Assembly: GCA_031376505.1 (NCBI GenBank)
Contig: JANMDX010000170.1
Coordinates: forward strand, 3,163-67,162
Direction: 5' to 3'
Source: Acidobacteriota bacterium
Lineage (GTDB): Bacteria > Acidobacteriota > Vicinamibacteria > Vicinamibacterales > UBA2999
Length of the DNA stretch: 64,000 nt
Below the pieces are notes generated by a model that saw only the letters and a list, made by a program, of their open reading frames with translations, was not told the origin of the DNA and made no database searches. Position numbers and translations under genes: made by a program. Shown here piece after piece: positions 31,701 to 41,786 of the stretch. Positions within the stretch are counted from its first letter, which is position 1. Each line of letters starts with the position of its first letter.

Positions 31701-32882
31701 GGTGAGGTGACGGCCGGTGGCGCGGCCCGCAAGGCGCAGGCCTCGCGTCTCGAGGAAGTTCGTGAACACCGTCAGGTCGACGTCTCGATACCGCACGTCC
31801 CACCGCGCGTCGGCGCGGCGGTCGGGCTGACCAAGCGGCTCGAGGACATAGGAGAAGTCGGTCGTGCCACCGTAGAACTTCGCGGTCACCCGCGAGACGT
31901 CAAGACGCGTCGGGACCCAGACAACGGCAGCGCGGAAATTCTGGAACCGGTAGTCGTCGTAACCGGCCTCGGGGCTCAGGAAGTCGCCCTTCACCTCGTA
32001 GCCGCCCTTGTACATCCGCACCGTGCCAGCAAAGTCACCCTCGCCGTGCAGCGCGAAGGCATCGTGCGCGTAGAAGATCGCGCGCGTCCGCGGCAACTGG
32101 TGTCGTGACGTCACGGTGTAGGTGGCGTTGGGGAACGTGGCCGGGTCGATCACGCCGGTGGCCTGCAACTGGGCGCCATCGGCATGGAGCACCATGCGCT
32201 CCATCACGACCTGGCCGTCCTTGACGGTAAACGACGACGCGAAGTGGGCCCACATCGGCTCGTATTGCTGGATCTGCAGGGTGCCGCCCGACCACGCCAT
32301 CGTGCCGCGGTAGTCCACGCCCTTCGCAGTGGAGATCTCGAGGTTGGGCGCATCGAGCCCCCAATTGGATCCAAAGTCTCGAACGATGAGATGCCCACGC
32401 GTCGCGCGCAGCTGTTGAATCGTCGTGATGAGCAGGCGCGGCGTGGTGCGGGGCGGCCGGGGCGGCCCGTTGAGGCGCGGCCAGTTGTGGACGGCATTGG
32501 GATAGCTCTCGACGATGAGCCGCCAGTCGCTGATTTCGGCCGAGTCGATGAGGACTTCGCGGTGCAGCAGCGCACCCCAAGTGAGCGAGACCTCCAGCCG
32601 CTTCGCCACGAGCCAGGGATCGTGCCGCTTGGTGATGCCTTCGACCAACACGTCGTCGAGCACCAGGCGCCCGAGGCCGAGGTTGAGGCTCAGGCGCCCG
32701 ATGTGCACGGGCCGGGCGATGAAAGCCGAGGCCTCGGCTTCCGCGCGGCGGCGAAGCACCGGCCCGAGATCGATTGTGACAATCGATACCATCGCCACGG
32801 CGATCGTCACGGCCACGACCAGCCAGACGCGACGCACGTGCGTCAGCGACGCTGCCAGGGCGCGCAGTACCGTGGCCCGCAC
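28776..32882 (-). CDS. tamB: TamB-like translocation and assembly module protein (AsmA-like, DUF490 C-terminus)
   Basis: 1368 aa with an N-terminal anchor 'VWLVVAVTIAVAMVSIVTI' and a long beta-rich body. The C-terminal block is 'LDFTNPERIEPFFEIEAQTRV...RVTLRVAGTSARLQPEFTSDPPLPSADVLSLLL'. It starts with GTG, 3 nt after the BCCP stop. Confidence 0.85.
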   Translation of the reverse strand: MRATVLRALAASLTHVRRVWLVVAVTIAVAMVSIVTIDLGPVLRRRAEAEASAFIARPVHIGRLSLNLGLGRLVLDDVLVEGITKRHDPWLVAKRLEVSLTWGALLHREVLIDSAEISDWRLIVESYPNAVHNWPRLNGPPRPPRTTPRLLITTIQQLRATRGHLIVRDFGSNWGLDAPNLEISTAKGVDYRGTMAWSGGTLQIQQYEPMWAHFASSFTVKDGQVVMERMVLHADGAQLQATGVIDPATFPNATYTVTSRHQLPRTRAIFYAHDAFALHGEGDFAGTVRMYKGGYEVKGDFLSPEAGYDDYRFQNFRAAVVWVPTRLDVSRVTAKFYGGTTDFSYVLEPLGQPDRRADARWDVRYRDVDLTVFTNFLETRGLRLAGRATGRHLTVWTLGAGGFAQGTGDGEMRVTMPPGLAPATRGLPSDAGEGARRRAEVQGPFSPHLAFGPVAVGGQVRYDFDGATVRFAPSEFATPDTYVAFDGRTDWGQASRLPFHVTSSDWQASDRLLAGIMTMFAPSPTAAVPIDGVGEFDGVLLGVLANPRVEGRFSGSEMRAWNVTWGHLEGAAVVENAYVQVSKAVVTDAFSRMDIDGSFALGYPRRDGGDEIDAVIRSSEWPLVDLRTAFELYDYPVDGALGGEIHLYGKYEEPFGFGRLTLDRGVAYDEPFASGVTSLRFEGAGVRLDGLEVQKAGTTVTGAAYVGWDGTYSFNADGRRLAIDALDLTYFPALPALTGFVDVSAAGSGTFDDPRYDLRVSVFDLFIGDEGIGEMTAQVALRGLQVLYSFDVASPRLAASGTGQFALTEAGEVEMTVRLSDTSLDPYARVFMPTLSPYTSATGGGSVRVWGAVYTPNALRVESSIDDLRLRLFDYELRNRGVLRVGLEGQVVRVDAFTMTGDRTAIDVSGRVDLERDVVALRATGEANLAVLQGAFPDLRGSGRAEVAATIGGTTATPTVSGNALVTDGRIRSFAFPHALDAINGIVTFDASSIRLDGLRASLADGRVLFGGRMGLRGLALTDYDVTLTGHDLRLRYPEGMRSLVDAALTVQGPADAPLLGGSVLVRSAVWTPAFNGTTNPFGSSAPVAAPAGPGVPGAITSAPSLPLRYDVRIVAPSTFRIENDLARIVASADVNVRGTYDRPLVFGRADIERGEVRFEGRRYVVSRGSLDFTNPERIEPFFEIEAQTRVRVPGQTYRVTLRVAGTSARLQPEFTSDPPLPSADVLSLLLSDTTPAGDVEVASLRSPNQREQELLQARATRALTGALSAEVGKVVQDTFGVDTFQITPLLVDPYQQSVGLSVNPAARVTIGKRLSDRIYLTYARSLSSSTRDEIILLEYDQSDTLGWVLSQNEDGTYALEVRKRVTF

Positions 32883-32885
32883 CGG

Positions 32886-33407
32886 CTACTCCACGACGGC
32901 CAGCACCGCTCCAGCGTCGACCGACTGCCCCTCGATAACCGACACCGACACCACCCGCCCAGCCTTGGCCGCGCGCAGCTCGTTCTCCATCTTCATCGCT
33001 TCGACCACCACGAGTCCCTGCCCCGCCTCGACGTCGTCGCCCGGCGCCACGAGCACCCGCACGACCTTGCCGGGCATCGGCGCCGTGAGCCGCTGCGGCC
33101 CGGCGCCGGCCGCCGCTGCGCCCCGGCGGCGGGCGCGGCCGCTCTCGGAAATCGTCACCGGCAGCTGTCGGCCGTTCACGTGCACGGCGAGCGCCCCGGG
33201 CATCTTGCCCGATACGACGACAGCCGGCACGCTTCGGCTGGGACCCGCCACTCCACGCTGGCCGACGAGCAGCGACAGCGTCGCCCCGTCGACCCGCGCG
33301 GCGTCGACGTCGAACACCGTGCCATCGACCGCCACGGTCCACGCGGCGCCCGCGCGCTGCACCACCACCTTCCGGGTGTGTTCGCCGATGAGCACGTCGT
33401 ACTGCAT
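32886..33407 (-). CDS. Biotin carboxyl carrier protein (biotinyl domain) of acyl-CoA carboxylase
   Basis: 173 aa from ATG 33407 ('MQYDVLIG'). The biotinylation motif is 'VVVEAMKMENEL'. The upstream part of the 342-aa track ORF overlaps accC and is Arg/Ala-rich junk. Confidence 0.8.
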   Translation of the reverse strand: MQYDVLIGEHTRKVVVQRAGAAWTVAVDGTVFDVDAARVDGATLSLLVGQRGVAGPSRSVPAVVVSGKMPGALAVHVNGRQLPVTISESGRARRRGAAAAGAGPQRLTAPMPGKVVRVLVAPGDDVEAGQGLVVVEAMKMENELRAAKAGRVVSVSVIEGQSVDAGAVLAVVE

Positions 33408-33409
33408 CG

Positions 33410-34936
33410 CTACCTCGAGGCCTCGGCGCGGGCCTGCTGACGCCAGCGGCTGGGCGGCGCGACGGGTGCCGTCGGGCCCCGCTCCGCCGTCTGTCCGCCA
33501 AGCACCTGGTGGAGCGCGGCGGCAATGGCGGCCAGCGTCTCGTCGTTGGCTGGTCCGGTATCGAAGGGCGCGCCCGCTCGGCTCGCCAGCTTCTGATCGA
33601 TGAAGGTGGTGTCGAACCGGCCGGCCAAAAAATCCGGATCGTCGAGCGCCCAGCGAAAGAACGGCAGGGTGGTCTTGATCCCGTGCACTTCGTACTCGCG
33701 CAACGCGCGGCGCATCCGGGCGAGTGCCTGCGTGCGATCGTCGCCCCATGCGATGAGCTTCGAGATCATCGGATCGTAGAAGATCGGCACCTCGAGGCCT
33801 TCGGTGGCGCCGCTGTCGTCGCGCACCCCCGGCCCATGCGGCACGCGCAGCTTCAGGATGCGGCCCGGCGAGGGCAGGAAGTTGTTGTCGGGGTCTTCCG
33901 CGTAGATGCGACACTCGATCGCGTGCCCGCGTGGCACGATGACGGCCTCGGGGTCCAGCGTGAGCCGCTCGCCGCGGGCGATCCGAATCTGCCAGTGCAC
34001 CAGGTCCACACCCGAGACCATCTCGGTCACCGGATGTTCGACCTGCAGCCGCGTGTTCATCTCGAGGAAGTAGAACGAGCCGTCCTCGTCGAGCAGGTAT
34101 TCAATCGTGCCGGCGTTGGTGTAGCCCACCTGGCGCGCCACCGACGCCGCGGCACTCGTGATCCGCCGCCGCAGATCGACGGGCACGGCCAGCGACGGAC
34201 TCTCTTCGATCACCTTCTGGTGGCGCCGCTGAATCGAGCATTCGCGTTCCACGAAGGCTACGACCGTGCCGTGATGATCGCCGAGCAGTTGCACCTCGAT
34301 GTGGCGCGGATGCATGATGCGCCGCTCGAGATAGACGGCCGAATCGCCAAACGCGGATCCGGCCTCAGACCGCGCCGCGCGCAGCGCGCCCGGCAGGTCG
34401 GCCGGCGACGACACCATCCGCATGCCCTTGCCGCCGCCACCGGCTACTGCCTTGAGCATCAGCGGGTAGCCGATGCCCTCGGCCATCCGCAGCACCTCGG
34501 CGTCGGTCACGCTCGCGTCGAGCGGGGTCTCGGTGCCGGGCACGACCGGTACACCGGCGGCGATCGCGGCCTGACGTGCGGCCGTCTTGCTGCCCATGAG
34601 CTCGATGGCTTCTGCCGACGGGCCGATGAACGTCAGGCCCGCGTCGCGGCACGCGCGCGCGAAGTCCTCGTTCTCGGCCAGGAAGCCGTAGCCGGGGTGC
34701 ACCGCGTCGGCGCCGCTCTTCTGGGCCACGTCGATGAGTGTGTCGATCCGCAGGTAGCTTTCGCGCGGCGGGTTGGGGCCGACCGGCCATGCCTCGTCGG
34801 CCATCCGCACGTGCAGCGCGGCGCGATCGCACTCGCTGTAGACCGCGACGGTGGCGATCCCCAGGTCGCGACAGGCACGGATGACGCGCACGGCGATCTC
34901 GCCGCGATTGGCGATGAGAACCTTGGTTACGGGCAC
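33410..34936 (-). CDS. accC: Biotin carboxylase subunit of acetyl/propionyl-CoA carboxylase
   Basis: Shows 'KVLIANRGEIAVRVIRA', 'AVAGGGGKGMRMV', 'EMNTRLQVEHPVTE' and 'GHAIECRIYAEDP'. Confidence 0.92.
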   Translation of the reverse strand: MPVTKVLIANRGEIAVRVIRACRDLGIATVAVYSECDRAALHVRMADEAWPVGPNPPRESYLRIDTLIDVAQKSGADAVHPGYGFLAENEDFARACRDAGLTFIGPSAEAIELMGSKTAARQAAIAAGVPVVPGTETPLDASVTDAEVLRMAEGIGYPLMLKAVAGGGGKGMRMVSSPADLPGALRAARSEAGSAFGDSAVYLERRIMHPRHIEVQLLGDHHGTVVAFVERECSIQRRHQKVIEESPSLAVPVDLRRRITSAAASVARQVGYTNAGTIEYLLDEDGSFYFLEMNTRLQVEHPVTEMVSGVDLVHWQIRIARGERLTLDPEAVIVPRGHAIECRIYAEDPDNNFLPSPGRILKLRVPHGPGVRDDSGATEGLEVPIFYDPMISKLIAWGDDRTQALARMRRALREYEVHGIKTTLPFFRWALDDPDFLAGRFDTTFIDQKLASRAGAPFDTGPANDETLAAIAAALHQVLGGQTAERGPTAPVAPPSRWRQQARAEASR

Positions 34937-34989
34937 GACTAACTGAAAATTCTAGCACTTCGCGCCGCCTGGCACGGCCGCGCCGAGGG

Positions 34990-35505
34990 TCAGGGCCGGG
35001 CGCCCGACAGTGGCACGGACACCACGAAGTGCCGCGCGAAGGTCAGGACGCCGGCGCTCCAGGTCTCGTCGGAGACCTCGCCGGCAAACTGGGCGTTCAC
35101 CGGCGTGAGGCGGACCAGCACCCGCGACCCCTCGCCAACATACGCAACGCCGGCGATCCCGCCAGTGGCTGTCAGGTAGCCGGAGAATGGCCACTGCGGT
35201 CCGCCCGGCTCGTTCATCGAAAACGCGCCGGCCAACGTCGCGCCCTGCTGCGTGACCACCAGGCGTACAGCCCGATTCGACGGCGGTGCCACCTTGCAGA
35301 CGCCGCGGCAGTCAGTCATCAGAATCGAACCGGTCCATTCACCACGCAAATCGGCTGGAGCCTCCCCAGTGAAGGGGACCGGCGAATCAGTGATGAACGG
35401 CACCACCACGGCGCGACCGGTGGGCGAGGTCGGCGTCGCCGCCTGGTCGCAGGCGGCGCCAGACAGCCAGACGAGCACGATGGCAAGGGCTCGGCGGCGG
35501 TCCAT
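34990..35505 (-). CDS. Small lipoprotein of unknown function
   Basis: Has the lipobox 'VLVWLSGAAC'. It is 171 aa and is wedged between the carboxyltransferase gene (3-nt gap) and accC. Confidence 0.5.
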   Translation of the reverse strand: MDRRRALAIVLVWLSGAACDQAATPTSPTGRAVVVPFITDSPVPFTGEAPADLRGEWTGSILMTDCRGVCKVAPPSNRAVRLVVTQQGATLAGAFSMNEPGGPQWPFSGYLTATGGIAGVAYVGEGSRVLVRLTPVNAQFAGEVSDETWSAGVLTFARHFVVSVPLSGARP

Positions 35506-35508
35506 GGG

Positions 35509-37049
<1,541 letters not shown>

Positions 37050-37053
<4 letters not shown>

Positions 37054-37817
37054 GCCGACTCCGTCTCGACACAGGGGTTGCTGAGCGCGCCCACGCCCTG
37101 CACCTTGACCATGACGCGATCGCCCGGCACGAGCGGACCGACCCCCGACGGCGTGCCAGTCGTGATGACATCGCCGGGCTCCAGCGTGCAGAAGCGCGTG
37201 AGCCATTCGACGATGTAGGGCACCGGAAAGATCAGCTCGCGCGTGTTCGAGTGCTGGCGCTTCTGGCCGTTGACCCAGCCTTCCACCTCGAGCTCCGAAG
37301 GATCGAGACCGACCGCGATGCACGGCCCGATCGGCGCGAACGTGTCGAAGCCCTTGGCACGGGAGTACTGCACGTCCGTGGCCTGCAGCTCGCGGGCCGT
37401 GACATCGTTCAGGCAGGTCAGGCCAAGGATGTAGTCCATGGCGTCCTTGGCCTTCACGCGCGATGCGCGGCGGCCGATCACTACCGCCATCTCTGCCTCG
37501 TGCTCCACGCGCCCGCACCATGAGGGAATGCGGATGCTCGCCTCGGGGCCAGCGACTGTGGTGGGCGGCTTGATGAACAGCAGCGGCTCAGCCGGAATGG
37601 TCTTCTTCATCTCGGCGGCGTGATCTCTGTAGTTGAGACCAATAGCCATGATCTTCGACGGCATCACCGGGGCCAGGAAGTCACGCAGCGGCTCGTCGAT
37701 GCCGGCCCCCGTGCGGTAGTCGCCAAACACATCGCCCTCGAGCCAGTAGAGCGCGTTGTCCCGCTCGACGACGTAGCGTCCGCCCATGCCCTGCCGCACT
37801 CGATAGATCTTGTCCAT
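37050..37817 (-). CDS. Fumarylacetoacetate hydrolase (FAH) family protein
   Basis: Starts at ATG 37817 ('MDKIYRV'). Blocks are '[11 protein letters not shown]', '[10 protein letters not shown]', 'NDVTARELQ' and '[10 protein letters not shown]'. Confidence 0.88.
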
Positions 37818-37872
37818 GTCTATTGGTCTGCTCTTCCGCGCCGCTCGCCGCTCGAACCTGCCCGCGATCTTG

Positions 37873-39261
37873 TCACCGCCTGGCCGACTCCTCCGAGCGA
37901 TTCGACGGCACACTGCGGTTTTCCGGTGTCGCCGAGTCTACCGCGACCACCACGTAGACGTAGCGCACGCCGGGGGTCACGGTGCGGTCTTCGAAGCTGG
38001 TGGCGCCAATCGGCACGGGCGTGAGCAGCGTGGTGGGTTCGCCAGGCGCAGGGCCGCGGAAGACCAGATAGCCCGCCAGGTCGGACGCATCGACGGCTTC
38101 CCAGATCAGGCTGATGACGCCTGCGCCGGCCACGGCCTCGAGCGCCGCCGGGGCCGGCGGTGCGAAGGTGTCACGTGGCGTCACGCAGCTGGCCGGCGAG
38201 GCCGGGCCTTCCACCTCGACCCCGTCGATCGTGTCGAGGCCGCGCACCACGAAACACCGCTCGGCATTGAACGTCACGCCGGAAACGCCGAAGGCCGGCG
38301 CGGCCAGCGGCGCCGCATTGAGCGGCAACGGGCGCGAGACCTCGCTCGTCGCCGCGGCGACGGCGGTCGCGGGTGCGTCAGCCGCGTAGAGGTTGTAGCG
38401 CGTCGCGGGCAGGACGGGACCGAAGGGCCGCGAGTCGAGCGCCCCATCGGCCGGCGCCGCGGGCGCCTGCCGGGCGTCGGACGCAGGCGTCCACGTGAGG
38501 GCGATCGCCGCGGCGTCGAAGGTGACCGCCGGTGCGCTCGGAGGGCCCGAGGGGGCAGAGATGGGCACGCTGCGCACCTCACTCCACGCGCCGCGCCGGC
38601 CCTGCCGGCTCACGGCCACGGCGGTGTAGTGGCGTCGCACGGTGGCAGTGCCCGAGGCGAAGACCAGCGGCAGCGACAGCGCCGGATGAGCGTCGACGGC
38701 GACAGCGGGCGCGCGCGCGGGCGTGACCGGAGCGACGGCCGCCGACTCCCGCGCGAGCTCGGGCGTGAGCACCTCCCTGAACGTCGCGACGGCACCTTGG
38801 TCGAGCCCAGGCTCGAGCGGCAGGGGCGGCAGCGCCGGCGCGTTGGGGAGCGCCGCCGGGAGCGGGGGCGTCGGCCGTCGGACCGGCGCCGACGCGACCA
38901 GGCTGAGTCCCAAGGGCACGCGTCCGTTTTCAAGCGTCGGCGGACGCACCGACGTGACGCCGTACACCTCAACCAGCGCGACATCCGCCGGCTGGTCGCC
39001 GCCGACGTTGGTGGCCGGTACGGTCAGCGTGGCAAATACCAGGTCGTCGGTGCGGACGATCTGGAAGGCAGACACCTGGGCAGGTACTCGCAGCAACGGC
39101 GCAAGCGGTGGTCCCTTCTTGCCGCAGCCGCCCGCCGCCAGAATCAACGTCGCGGCTACCAGCACCTGCCCCGCTCGCCGGGCAGACGAAGGGCGCAGCA
39201 GCGCGGACGGCGTGATCGGGAACGGCATGGGCAGGCTGGCAGATGGCGAAACGGGTCGCAC
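37873..39261 (-). CDS. Lipoprotein with C-terminal fibronectin-III-like domain
   Basis: The lipobox is 'ATLILAAGGCGKKGPPLAPL'. The C-terminal region 'VISLIWEAVDASDLAGYLVFRG...GVRYVYVVVAVD' is Fn3-like. The start could also be 39228. Confidence 0.55.
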   Translation of the reverse strand: MRPVSPSASLPMPFPITPSALLRPSSARRAGQVLVAATLILAAGGCGKKGPPLAPLLRVPAQVSAFQIVRTDDLVFATLTVPATNVGGDQPADVALVEVYGVTSVRPPTLENGRVPLGLSLVASAPVRRPTPPLPAALPNAPALPPLPLEPGLDQGAVATFREVLTPELARESAAVAPVTPARAPAVAVDAHPALSLPLVFASGTATVRRHYTAVAVSRQGRRGAWSEVRSVPISAPSGPPSAPAVTFDAAAIALTWTPASDARQAPAAPADGALDSRPFGPVLPATRYNLYAADAPATAVAAATSEVSRPLPLNAAPLAAPAFGVSGVTFNAERCFVVRGLDTIDGVEVEGPASPASCVTPRDTFAPPAPAALEAVAGAGVISLIWEAVDASDLAGYLVFRGPAPGEPTTLLTPVPIGATSFEDRTVTPGVRYVYVVVAVDSATPENRSVPSNRSEESARR

Positions 39262-39351
39262 CGCGTAGTCAAGTGTCCCCGTTGGGGAAAACGACTGTCA
39301 AGGAATCTGGACGGCAGCGGCCGTTTCTTCGCCTAACTGCCGCGATCCGGC

Positions 39352-39367
39352 TGGCAACGATGTTGCA
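39352..39367 (+). promoter_or_regulatory. Sigma54 (-24/-12) promoter upstream of the PEGA gene
   Basis: 'TGGCAACGATGTTGCA' has GG at 39353-54 and GC at 39365-66, with exactly 10 nt between them. It matches the consensus TGGCAC-N5-TTGCW at all but one position. The ATG at 39413, with SD 'GAGG', lies about 35 nt downstream of the predicted start site. Confidence 0.6.
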
Positions 39368-39412
39368 ATTCCGGCGGGTATGCCGCCTGCCGCGATGTCC
39401 CGAGGTGTGGTA

Positions 39413-40354
39413 ATGAGTGCCCGACGCGCCTTCCCTGCCGTGCTGTTCATGGCGGCCATGGCGGTGGCTCCTGCCAGCGCCCAAGAGCCCGTTTCAGTCC
39501 CCGATGCGCAAGATGCAGTGCCGGTCAAGGCGGTCGAGCGTCCACGCCGCGAGCCGGACGGCGACGCCGGGCCCGTGCGCGCGCCGCGCGTCCGCGACGA
39601 CCAGGGCGCCCAGGGCGCCCAGGAAGTGCGGCCTCGCGTCCGTCCGGCCGCGGAGCCGCCGCAGTCCTCGCCGGCGACCTTCGACGACGAGCAGCAAGGT
39701 GGCCGCCGCCGCGCGGGCGGTGGTGGCGGTTCAAGCCGAGGTGGTGGCCGGTCGGCCGGCGGCAATAGCGGCGCCAGGCCTCGAGGCGGCGTGCGGAACC
39801 CCGACGCCGGCGCGGGTCGCGTCGGCGACGACGGCAATCGGGGCGCAGACGACCGTGGGGCGCAAGCCGTACCGCGTGGCCGGGCGCCGCGACCGCCGCA
39901 AGTGGTCTACGCCCCGTCGTATGGGCGGCGCTACCACGCGGGCGCGGGCGGGCTGGGCTACTACTTCTACGACCCGTGGAGCTGGTACGCCGGCTACGGT
40001 GGCCCGGGCTACAGCTCGTATGGCTGGGGCGGATACTACGGCAACTACAGCGCGTGGGCGCCGGGCTGGGGTGGTGGTTGGGGCGGCGGCCTGGGCAACT
40101 ACGGCGGCCCGTACGGCTGGAGCATCGGCGGCGTGCGCCTGAAGGTGAACGAGAAGGACGCCGAGGTCTACGTGGATGGCTACTACGCCGGGATCGTCGA
40201 CGACTTCGACGGCCTGTGGCAGCAACTGCGCCTCGACGACGGCGGGTATCACATCGAGATTCGCAAGCCGGGCATGACCACGCTCACCTTCGACGTGCGC
40301 GTGCAGCCCGGACGCACCATTACCTATCGGGGGCAGATGACGACCTCGCCCTGA
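39413..40354 (+). CDS. Exported PEGA-domain protein with RG-rich and Gly/Tyr/Trp-rich low-complexity regions
   Basis: The signal peptide is 'AFPAVLFMAAMAVAPASA'. An RGG-rich stretch follows, then 'GYGGPGYSSYGWGGYYGNYSAWAPGWGGGWGGGLGNYGGPYGW'. The C-terminal 'VRLKVNEKDAEVYVDGYYAGIV...YHIEIRKPGMTT' is PEGA-like. Confidence 0.6.
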   Translation: MSARRAFPAVLFMAAMAVAPASAQEPVSVPDAQDAVPVKAVERPRREPDGDAGPVRAPRVRDDQGAQGAQEVRPRVRPAAEPPQSSPATFDDEQQGGRRRAGGGGGSSRGGGRSAGGNSGARPRGGVRNPDAGAGRVGDDGNRGADDRGAQAVPRGRAPRPPQVVYAPSYGRRYHAGAGGLGYYFYDPWSWYAGYGGPGYSSYGWGGYYGNYSAWAPGWGGGWGGGLGNYGGPYGWSIGGVRLKVNEKDAEVYVDGYYAGIVDDFDGLWQQLRLDDGGYHIEIRKPGMTTLTFDVRVQPGRTITYRGQMTTSP

Positions 40355-40399
40355 GGCGCGTCGGTACCTGCGGCACGGTCAAGGACCGAGGCCCTCCGC

Positions 40400-41692
40400 T
40401 CAGCGCGGAGCCTGACGCGACGGCGCCACGCAGTCACGCGCCGGCGCATCCGGGTGTCGGGAATTCTCGACCTGGCAGCGCACGAACGCGGGCCGCGTGC
40501 GCGCGAACTCGATCATGCGGTCCACTTCGTCGCCGAAGTCCGCCACCCCGAACCACCGCCCAGGGTCGGCGAGCACCGCGTCGCGAATCTGGTCGCGGGC
40601 GCGCACGAGTTCGGTCTCCATCCATGGCGGATCCGCGCCCTCGCCCGGCGTCTCGGCCTGGTTGGCGGCCTGCTCGAGCGTTTCAAGAAACACGGCATGC
40701 AGTTCGGGAATCTCAATCGCGCGACGCAGCAGCTCGTTGCCGCCCAGGCCGTGTCCGGTGTCGCGGTTTGCGGCGAAGAAGGTCTGGTCCTTGTCCCACG
40801 GAATGAACAGGGCCTGGCGGGCGCCCTCGGGGCGATAGAGATAGAAGTTCGCCATGCCCTTGTAACCGACGAGGCCGTCATAGTCGGCGAGGAACGCCTC
40901 GACGCCCATGTAGACCATGAGCTTCCGCAAGTCGACGAGCTGGCCGACGTCGTCGAGAAAGCGTTCGATCGGCACCTGGTTTACGGTACGCACCAGCTCT
41001 TCAATCGACCCGTACAGATCGACGATCGAGTCGTTCTCGTGTGTGCGCGCCTCGAAGCGCGTGCGATAGGCGTCGAGTTCCGAGCCGAGGTACCGGAAGT
41101 TCCAGTCCTCGATCCACTTGTATTCGAAGAGCGTGCCCTTGTCGGGTTCCTCGCTGTCCGGCTGCTTGAACACGCGCCGCACGAAATCCTCGCCGAGTTC
41201 CTCTGTGAGGACGTAGACCCCGGCGTACTCGTTGTTGACGAAGAGCTTGGTGTGCGATTCGCGCGGCACGGGCAGACCGAACTGCGCAAAGAGCTTCATC
41301 GACACCCGCTCGCGGATGAGCGACACGTCGCGATAGACGTTGTCGAGCAGCACCGACCGCATGCCCAGGAAGCGCTGCCCGCTGGCGTACCGGTTCATGT
41401 CCACGCGCAGCCCGGGCTTGAACTCGTTGCGGGTGCCGAGGCCTCGAGAGCGGATGCCGACGTTGCGCACCTTGACCCCGCGCCACTCGAGGTCGGCCGG
41501 GTAGTAGGTGTTGGCGCTGAAATCGGCCTTCAGCCGGGCCCAGTCGTCGGAGTTGACGAGCAACCGGACCTCGTGGAGCTGGCGGTCGTCGAAGAGCTCG
41601 TCAGAAGTCTGCGCCGTTGCAGGAGGCACGGCTATGGCAGACAGCAGCGCCAGGGCCAGGACCAGCACGACACGAGACAGAGACGGGTGCAT
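40400..41692 (-). CDS. CotH-family (atypical kinase fold) exported protein
   Basis: Starts at ATG 41692 with 'MHPSLSRVVLVLALALLSAIAVPPATAQ'. Blocks are 'YYPADLEWRGVKVRNVGIRSRG', 'YAGVYVLTEEL' and 'NFYLYRPEG..ALFIPWDKDQTF'. The upstream 174 codons of the track ORF are rejected. Confidence 0.78.
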   Translation of the reverse strand: MHPSLSRVVLVLALALLSAIAVPPATAQTSDELFDDRQLHEVRLLVNSDDWARLKADFSANTYYPADLEWRGVKVRNVGIRSRGLGTRNEFKPGLRVDMNRYASGQRFLGMRSVLLDNVYRDVSLIRERVSMKLFAQFGLPVPRESHTKLFVNNEYAGVYVLTEELGEDFVRRVFKQPDSEEPDKGTLFEYKWIEDWNFRYLGSELDAYRTRFEARTHENDSIVDLYGSIEELVRTVNQVPIERFLDDVGQLVDLRKLMVYMGVEAFLADYDGLVGYKGMANFYLYRPEGARQALFIPWDKDQTFFAANRDTGHGLGGNELLRRAIEIPELHAVFLETLEQAANQAETPGEGADPPWMETELVRARDQIRDAVLADPGRWFGVADFGDEVDRMIEFARTRPAFVRCQVENSRHPDAPARDCVAPSRQAPR

Positions 41693-41786
41693 CACTGGGC
41701 GATCCTCCGGGCCCCCGTGGCGAGTTGGCGCCCTTTGATTGGACAGCGCCAAGCGGCCGAAGTTGCCCCCGTGACGGGCTCGTGTG

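Noticed and set aside
32035-33525. 496-aa minus-strand ORF extremely rich in Arg/Gly/Ala
   Set aside because: It is an out-of-frame overlap of the tamB, BCCP and accC genes, all of which have clear family motifs. The compositional bias indicates that it is non-coding in this frame.
37054-37521. N-terminal extensions of several track ORFs (35509..37521, 32886..33914, 40400..42214, 53437..56886, 56460..58229, 60617..62056, 28776..28842 for bamA)
   Set aside because: The extensions overlap the 3' ends of well-supported upstream genes and are Arg/Pro-rich. Internal starts give canonical N-termini (signal peptides or known family N-termini) and often form ATGA, GTGA or TGATG junctions with the upstream stop.
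39417-40806. Alternative-frame ORFs across the PEGA gene (39417..40142, 39731..40252, 39976..40806)
   Set aside because: They arise from the GC-rich low-complexity repeats. Only the 39413 frame has a signal peptide, a Shine-Dalgarno sequence, a sigma54 promoter and a folded C-terminal PEGA-like domain.
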